Assembly (NCBI RefSeq): GCF_000341395.1
Contig: NC_020304.1
Location: 1,680,001 to 1,712,000, forward strand
Length of the DNA stretch: 32,000 nt
Reading direction: 5' to 3'
DNA from: Desulfocapsa sulfexigens DSM 10523
GTDB lineage: Bacteria; Desulfobacterota; Desulfobulbia; Desulfobulbales; Desulfocapsaceae
The notes under the pieces are model-generated. The model did not search any database and was not told the DNA's origin. It saw only the letters and a program-made list of their open reading frames with translations. Each line of letters opens with the position of its first letter. Position 1 is the stretch's first letter. The position numbers and the translations under genes were made by a program. Below are positions 28,150-32,000 of this stretch, piece after piece.

Positions 28150-29106
28150 TTAGCGTCCAGATCCACCATTTGATCCACCATTGCCACCACTACCGCCATT
28201 GCCCCCACCATTGCCACCGTCTGAGTTGCCTCCGCTACTGTCTCCACCTGAACCAGAGTCGCCAGCGGAGCCATTATTGCCGCCTCCATCTGACCCTCCG
28301 CTATCAGCGTTTCCGGCGTCGGTATTGCCGCCGAATGAGTTTCCTCTATTGTCCAGGGAGCCATTTCCATTCTGAATGGCGTCTGAATAGTTCTTTGCCA
28401 GCGATTCCCCAGATCCCAGGGCGCTTTGGGACATAAATGAACTGCGCAGGGATTGCATTTCCTGTACGTTGAAATCTTTATCCAAAGCCTGGTTTACAAC
28501 ATCTGTTGCAGTCTCTGACAATACACCTTGTCGCACCATATCTCGGGCAGTTAACATACATTCGGTTGCCAGATCTTCCAGTTGGCTCTGTTCCATTTCA
28601 CGTGCCCTCACCTGGAGGCGACTGACAATCTGTTCAGCATCCTCCCTGGAAAGACCAGCAGCACTCCCTGATGCAAACGCATTACCAAGCGTATCTACCA
28701 CCTCTTTTTTCTTGGATAATTGACCGGCAAGACCATATGCATGTTCGTAACGGGATCTAACCCTTTCCATTGCCTGGACAACCGATTCCGCAGGAATTCC
28801 TTTTGCTATGCCTTCGTATGCCTTGTTCATAACTGGCTCTACCGGCAGGTCATTTTTCAGGGTTTTCGCTACAATGTGCTGAGCCTTTACAATGTTACGC
28901 TCTTCAAATTGAGCCCTGATCATTGCCCGGGTCATGAGTACGCCATCATCTTTCTCCAGTCCGGCTTGAATGACGCTTTGTGTTGAAGCCTGAAGCTCAT
29001 TTGACCAGGCAGTGGGGATATCTGTAACCTCTTCTGCAGCAGAAGCTGAAACAGCCATTAAAACCAGACTCAACCAAACTAAAATAGAATAAACACCTCT
29101 TTTCAT
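28150..29106 (-). CDS. Secreted helical protein with Gly/Ser/Asn/Asp-rich C-terminal tail
   Basis: Signal peptide MKRGVYSILVWLSLVLMAVSASAAEE at 29106; helical middle; tail GGNTDAGNADSGGSDGGGNNGSAGDSGSGGDSSGGNSDGGNGGGNGGSGGNGGSNGGSGR. Confidence 0.75.
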   Translation of the reverse strand: MKRGVYSILVWLSLVLMAVSASAAEEVTDIPTAWSNELQASTQSVIQAGLEKDDGVLMTRAMIRAQFEERNIVKAQHIVAKTLKNDLPVEPVMNKAYEGIAKGIPAESVVQAMERVRSRYEHAYGLAGQLSKKKEVVDTLGNAFASGSAAGLSREDAEQIVSRLQVRAREMEQSQLEDLATECMLTARDMVRQGVLSETATDVVNQALDKDFNVQEMQSLRSSFMSQSALGSGESLAKNYSDAIQNGNGSLDNRGNSFGGNTDAGNADSGGSDGGGNNGSAGDSGSGGDSSGGNSDGGNGGGNGGSGGNGGSNGGSGR

Positions 29107-29200
29107 ACCTTCCTCCAAAACACATATTGACTTTCCATGGCAGCTCGTTGCAACAAGCCTTATATCTTTACAACGTCTGACAAACGAAAAGGTTACCAGT

Positions 29201-29524
29201 CTAAGGCTGATAAAGGCAATTTTCAAAACCGAAATCATCGGTTTCCCTGAAGCGACAGTCTGGAATAAAAACAGACCCATCAATAATATAAAAATAGCTG
29301 CTCCCAGGGGTAAGTGGCTTGCTGATTTCCCATAATCCAAACAGATTCCTATGGGTGTCATGAAGTGTGTATCTGTCGATAGAAGATGCAAACTGGACAT
29401 GGGAGGAGCCAGGGTGGTGCAAGTACAAAGATACCGATTCCCGACCCTCGGTAGTGAAATGATGTCCAGCACAGCCAGTACCGAAAAACAGTAGACAACT
29501 CAAAACCATCACTTGTTTGTTCAT
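29201..29524 (-). CDS. Lipoprotein with glycogen-binding-like (CBM48/E-set) domain
   Basis: Lipobox LLFFGTGC; VSLYLHHPGSSHVQFASSIDRYTLHDTHRNLFGLWEISKPLTPGSSYFYIIDGSVFIPD resembles the E-set pattern of the neighbouring protein. Confidence 0.65.
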   Translation of the reverse strand: MNKQVMVLSCLLFFGTGCAGHHFTTEGRESVSLYLHHPGSSHVQFASSIDRYTLHDTHRNLFGLWEISKPLTPGSSYFYIIDGSVFIPDCRFRETDDFGFENCLYQP

Positions 29525-29527
29525 TAT

Positions 29528-30115
29528 TTATACCTTGATTGTTATAAGGGAGTTTTCCCCGCCAAAATCATCCTGTACCCGTTCAGAAACGGTTGGGTCT
29601 GTAATCTGTTTTCCCTCTTCAACAAGATAACTGTACTGATATTCCCCTTCGGGAAGGGTAAGAGTCAGACTCCAGTAGCCACTATTTCCGATTGGCTTCA
29701 TAGCTACCGTTTGCCAGCGAGTAAAGGTCCCGATAATAGCAGCCTGCTTTGCCTCTGGTCTATAGATCACAAATCGATACGGAATCTCTGTGCTTGCCAC
29801 AGTTATGGGTGTCGGTGAAGGAATGGATCTCAGCTGTATAAGCAGAAGGGCTATTCCAAGAGCGATTCCGGCTGAAAACAGTACAGCCGGTCGGAGCCAC
29901 GGGAGAAAAACACGTTTTGTCGGCTCCGTTTCCACAGGGATACTGGTCAGTGGAGTCGTATGGACTATTTCAGCGTGCAGCAGTTTTTCCTGTTCAAGGA
30001 GATCTATAGCCTCATTTTTAAACGCTTGTTCATTATGCACTGTCTGCACAAAATCTATTTTTTCGTCAAGATCCAGTTCATTGTCAATGAACATACTGAT
30101 CAGATAATCTTTCAT
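29528..30115 (-). CDS. Putative membrane-anchored anti-sigma factor with extracytoplasmic CBM48/AMPK-glycogen-binding-like domain
   Basis: Cytoplasmic N-terminus MKDYLISMFIDNELDLDEKIDFVQTV, TM PAVLFSAGIALGIALLLIQL, C-terminal PYRFVIYRPEAKQAAIIGTFTRWQTVAMKPIGNSGYWSLTLTLPEGEYQYSYLVEEGKQITDPT. 4-nt overlap with the upstream sigma gene. Confidence 0.75.
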   Translation of the reverse strand: MKDYLISMFIDNELDLDEKIDFVQTVHNEQAFKNEAIDLLEQEKLLHAEIVHTTPLTSIPVETEPTKRVFLPWLRPAVLFSAGIALGIALLLIQLRSIPSPTPITVASTEIPYRFVIYRPEAKQAAIIGTFTRWQTVAMKPIGNSGYWSLTLTLPEGEYQYSYLVEEGKQITDPTVSERVQDDFGGENSLITIKV

Positions 30116-30654
30116 GTCTCACCTGTATGAAGAATTTTTTTCAACTTTTGCCGGCAGCGATGAATTCTAACTTTTATATTGCCCTCACTGGTACCTGTCA
30201 ATTCGGCGATTTGGTGATAGGACAAACCACTACTTACAACGAGTGAAAGGAGATCAGCCTCATCCGGAGCAAGCTGCTGTATGGCATTCATCACTCTGCG
30301 TGACTCCTCCCGTTCCATGTAGGCAGACTCTTCATCAGACCTTCCTTTATGCTTGTTTTCATCATACGGGATAATAATTCGCCGTTTGCGGCTGTTGTCG
30401 TTGAGGAGATTACGACCAATGGTAAAAAGCAGCGATACACTGAGTTCCCGTTGAGCATATCGTTCCAGATACCTGGCAAAGCTCTCCTGCATGGTATCTG
30501 CTGCCAGGTCGTAATCACCACTTCGGCAGAGAAGATACCAAAAAAAACGACCTTTATTGTCGTTATAAAACTCTCTAAACCTATTCACCTTGCTTGTATA
30601 ACGTCCACCAATGTCAAAGGTTACAAAATTTTGAACCAAAAATTGAATGTACAA
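30112..30654 (-). CDS. ECF-like sigma-70 family RNA polymerase sigma factor
   Basis: Region 2-like DYDLAADTMQESFARYL, region 4-like LSYHQIAELTGTSEGNIKVRIHRCRQKLKKIL. True start may be internal (GTG of VNRFREFYNDNKGRFF). Confidence 0.85.
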   Translation of the reverse strand: MYIQFLVQNFVTFDIGGRYTSKVNRFREFYNDNKGRFFWYLLCRSGDYDLAADTMQESFARYLERYAQRELSVSLLFTIGRNLLNDNSRKRRIIIPYDENKHKGRSDEESAYMEREESRRVMNAIQQLAPDEADLLSLVVSSGLSYHQIAELTGTSEGNIKVRIHRCRQKLKKILHTGET

Positions 30655-30683
30655 TAAGCTCTGGTCTTTTTATTTGACTTTTA

Positions 30684-30698
30684 TGGTAATGATTATTA
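30684..30698. promoter_or_regulatory. PerR/Fur-box-like palindrome upstream of tpx
   Basis: TGGTAATGATTATTA contains perfect TAAT-G-ATTA core; close to TTATAATNATTATAA. Confidence 0.45.
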
Positions 30699-30782
30699 AA
30701 ACTAGATTGAGTAACATGAAATTTATTTATACTGAACGTGTCGGTTCAGTATACCATTTATCCTACTCTAAAAGGTGAAATC

Positions 30783-31301
30783 ATGAGTGAACGTATTGGA
30801 GAAGCTACATTTTTAGGTAATCCTCTAACCTTAATTGGTACAGAGGTTAAAGTAGGAGATAAAGCACCTGATTTTACTCTCCTTAAGAATGATCTGTCAC
30901 CAGCATCCCTGGCTGATTTTGCGGGTAAGGTGCTGATTATAACCCTGGTGCCTTCCCTGGATACGCCGGTTTGTGACACTGAGACCCGACGTTTCAACAG
31001 TGAGGCGGCTGCTCTTGGTACGGACGTTGCTATCCTTGCCGTCAGTATGGATCTTCCCTTTGCACAGGGGCGCTGGTGTGGGGCTGCAGGTGTGGAGGCG
31101 GTTCAGACCCTTTCCGATCACCGGGATGCATCCATGGGTGAGTCCTATGGTGCTTTGATTAAAGAGTTGCGTCTCCTCAGTCGTGTTGTTCTTGTGGTTG
31201 ACCGGGAAGGGACGGTCACCTACGTCCAGTATGTGAAAGAGATCAGTGAAGAGCCTGATTATGATGCTGCGCTTGTTGCAGCAAAGGCTGCTGTTGGTTA
31301 A
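30783..31301 (+). CDS. tpx: Thiol peroxidase (Tpx, atypical 2-Cys peroxiredoxin)
   Basis: PSLDTPVCDTETRRFN peroxidatic motif, QGRWCGAAGVEAVQTLSDHRD; ATG at 30783. Confidence 0.94.
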   Translation: MSERIGEATFLGNPLTLIGTEVKVGDKAPDFTLLKNDLSPASLADFAGKVLIITLVPSLDTPVCDTETRRFNSEAAALGTDVAILAVSMDLPFAQGRWCGAAGVEAVQTLSDHRDASMGESYGALIKELRLLSRVVLVVDREGTVTYVQYVKEISEEPDYDAALVAAKAAVG

Positions 31302-31332
31302 TTCCTCTGTCTTGGAAGAAGACCTGTGGACA

Positions 31333-31368
31333 CTTAAAGTGCCTTTGGGAGTTACGGGGCACTTTAAG
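31333..31368. terminator. Hairpin downstream of tpx without T tract
   Basis: CTTAAAGTGCC...GGCACTTTAAG, 11-bp perfect arms. Confidence 0.5.
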
Positions 31369-31609
31369 CACAGTTCTCAATTTGAGTCACCGTAACTGGC
31401 CAAATTTAAAGGTTTTAGGCGTGGCGTGCGCCCTCTTTTCTTCTGGTGCACTGTCTGGCGAAAAGGATCTTATGCAAGACTCCTCCCCCCTCTCTTTATT
31501 TTGTTTTTGCATTTATCGGAATCAATTCATACAATGAATAAGTTGTGAAGGTTTTAGAATATTTTCTTAATATCTAGTATCCAGGCAGAATAAACAGGAG
31601 GTAGCGCCA

Positions 31610-32000
31610 ATGGATGTAGCCCAGTTAATCCCAACGCCCGATGTGCTCCAGGTTCCATGGGGCTGGTTTCAGGTTCTTCTCACCGTTACCTTTTTTCTTC
31701 ATCTGGTGGTGATGAATATCCTTCTTGGTTGTTCAGTTATTGTTTTTTTCAGACATGCCACAGGGAAGTCGACGGATATCAATAAGCGTATTTCCGGAAA
31801 ACTTCCCCTCACTGTCGCCTTTGCCGTGAACTTTGGTGTTGCACCGCTTCTCTTTGTTCAGGTCCTTTATGGCCATTTTATTTATGCAAGCTCAGTTCTG
31901 ATGGCCATTTACTGGTTGTCCATTTTCGTATTGTTGATATTGGCCTATTATGGCACATATATCTATAGCCTGAACTTTGATCGCTTGACTGGCTTCCGCA
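31610..32000 (+). CDS. Multi-pass membrane protein, probably respiratory/cytochrome-associated (3' end outside window)
   Basis: ATG 31610 after AGGAGG; MDVAQLIPTPDVLQVPWGWFQVLLTVTFFLHLVVMNILLGCSVIVFF..., open to window end; not in the ORF track. Confidence 0.7.
   Translation, partial: MDVAQLIPTPDVLQVPWGWFQVLLTVTFFLHLVVMNILLGCSVIVFFRHATGKSTDINKRISGKLPLTVAFAVNFGVAPLLFVQVLYGHFIYASSVLMAIYWLSIFVLLILAYYGTYIYSLNFDRLTGFR

Noticed and set aside
28157-28300. Repeated GCC/ACC-like units considered as a CRISPR or tandem DNA repeat array
   Set aside because: Units are short, irregular and codon-phased, encoding the Gly/Asn/Ser tail; no spacer-repeat structure.

Overview
The gene content (superoxide reductase, rubrerythrin, rubredoxin, flavodiiron protein) points to an anaerobic, probably deltaproteobacterial or Desulfobulbales-like, chromosome. 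The window is densely coding with no tRNA, rRNA, CRISPR array or transposon. Main blocks: (1) DMT transporter and an MCP with a Cys-rich insert. (2) A reductive O2/ROS-defence island at about 3.6-11.2 kb: FAD oxidoreductase, two adjacent genes interrupted by in-frame TGA that are best read as selenoproteins (a UxxC ArsC/thioredoxin-fold protein and a U-containing rhodanese fused to a ferritin-like domain), a PerR/Fur regulator fused to a Cys-rich winged-helix domain, rubrerythrin, 2-Cys peroxiredoxin, desulfoferrodoxin, a two-domain rubredoxin, a small DsrE-like protein, a flavodiiron protein and a small protein with a desulforedoxin-like tail. (3) Minus-strand housekeeping genes: aconitase, PIN-PhoH, M24 peptidase, rsmB, two-component proteins. 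(4) A four-gene amino-acid ABC transporter operon with strong hairpins after the first gene. (5) A GGGtGRT protein and NifU-like scaffold pair. (6) A compact operon of ECF-like sigma factor, membrane anti-sigma-like protein with an extracytoplasmic glycogen-binding-type (CBM48/E-set) domain, a lipoprotein with a similar domain and a secreted Gly-rich-tailed protein. (7) tpx with a PerR-box-like upstream site. The most notable signals are the tandem selenoprotein genes missed by the ORF track and the sigma/CBM48 operon.
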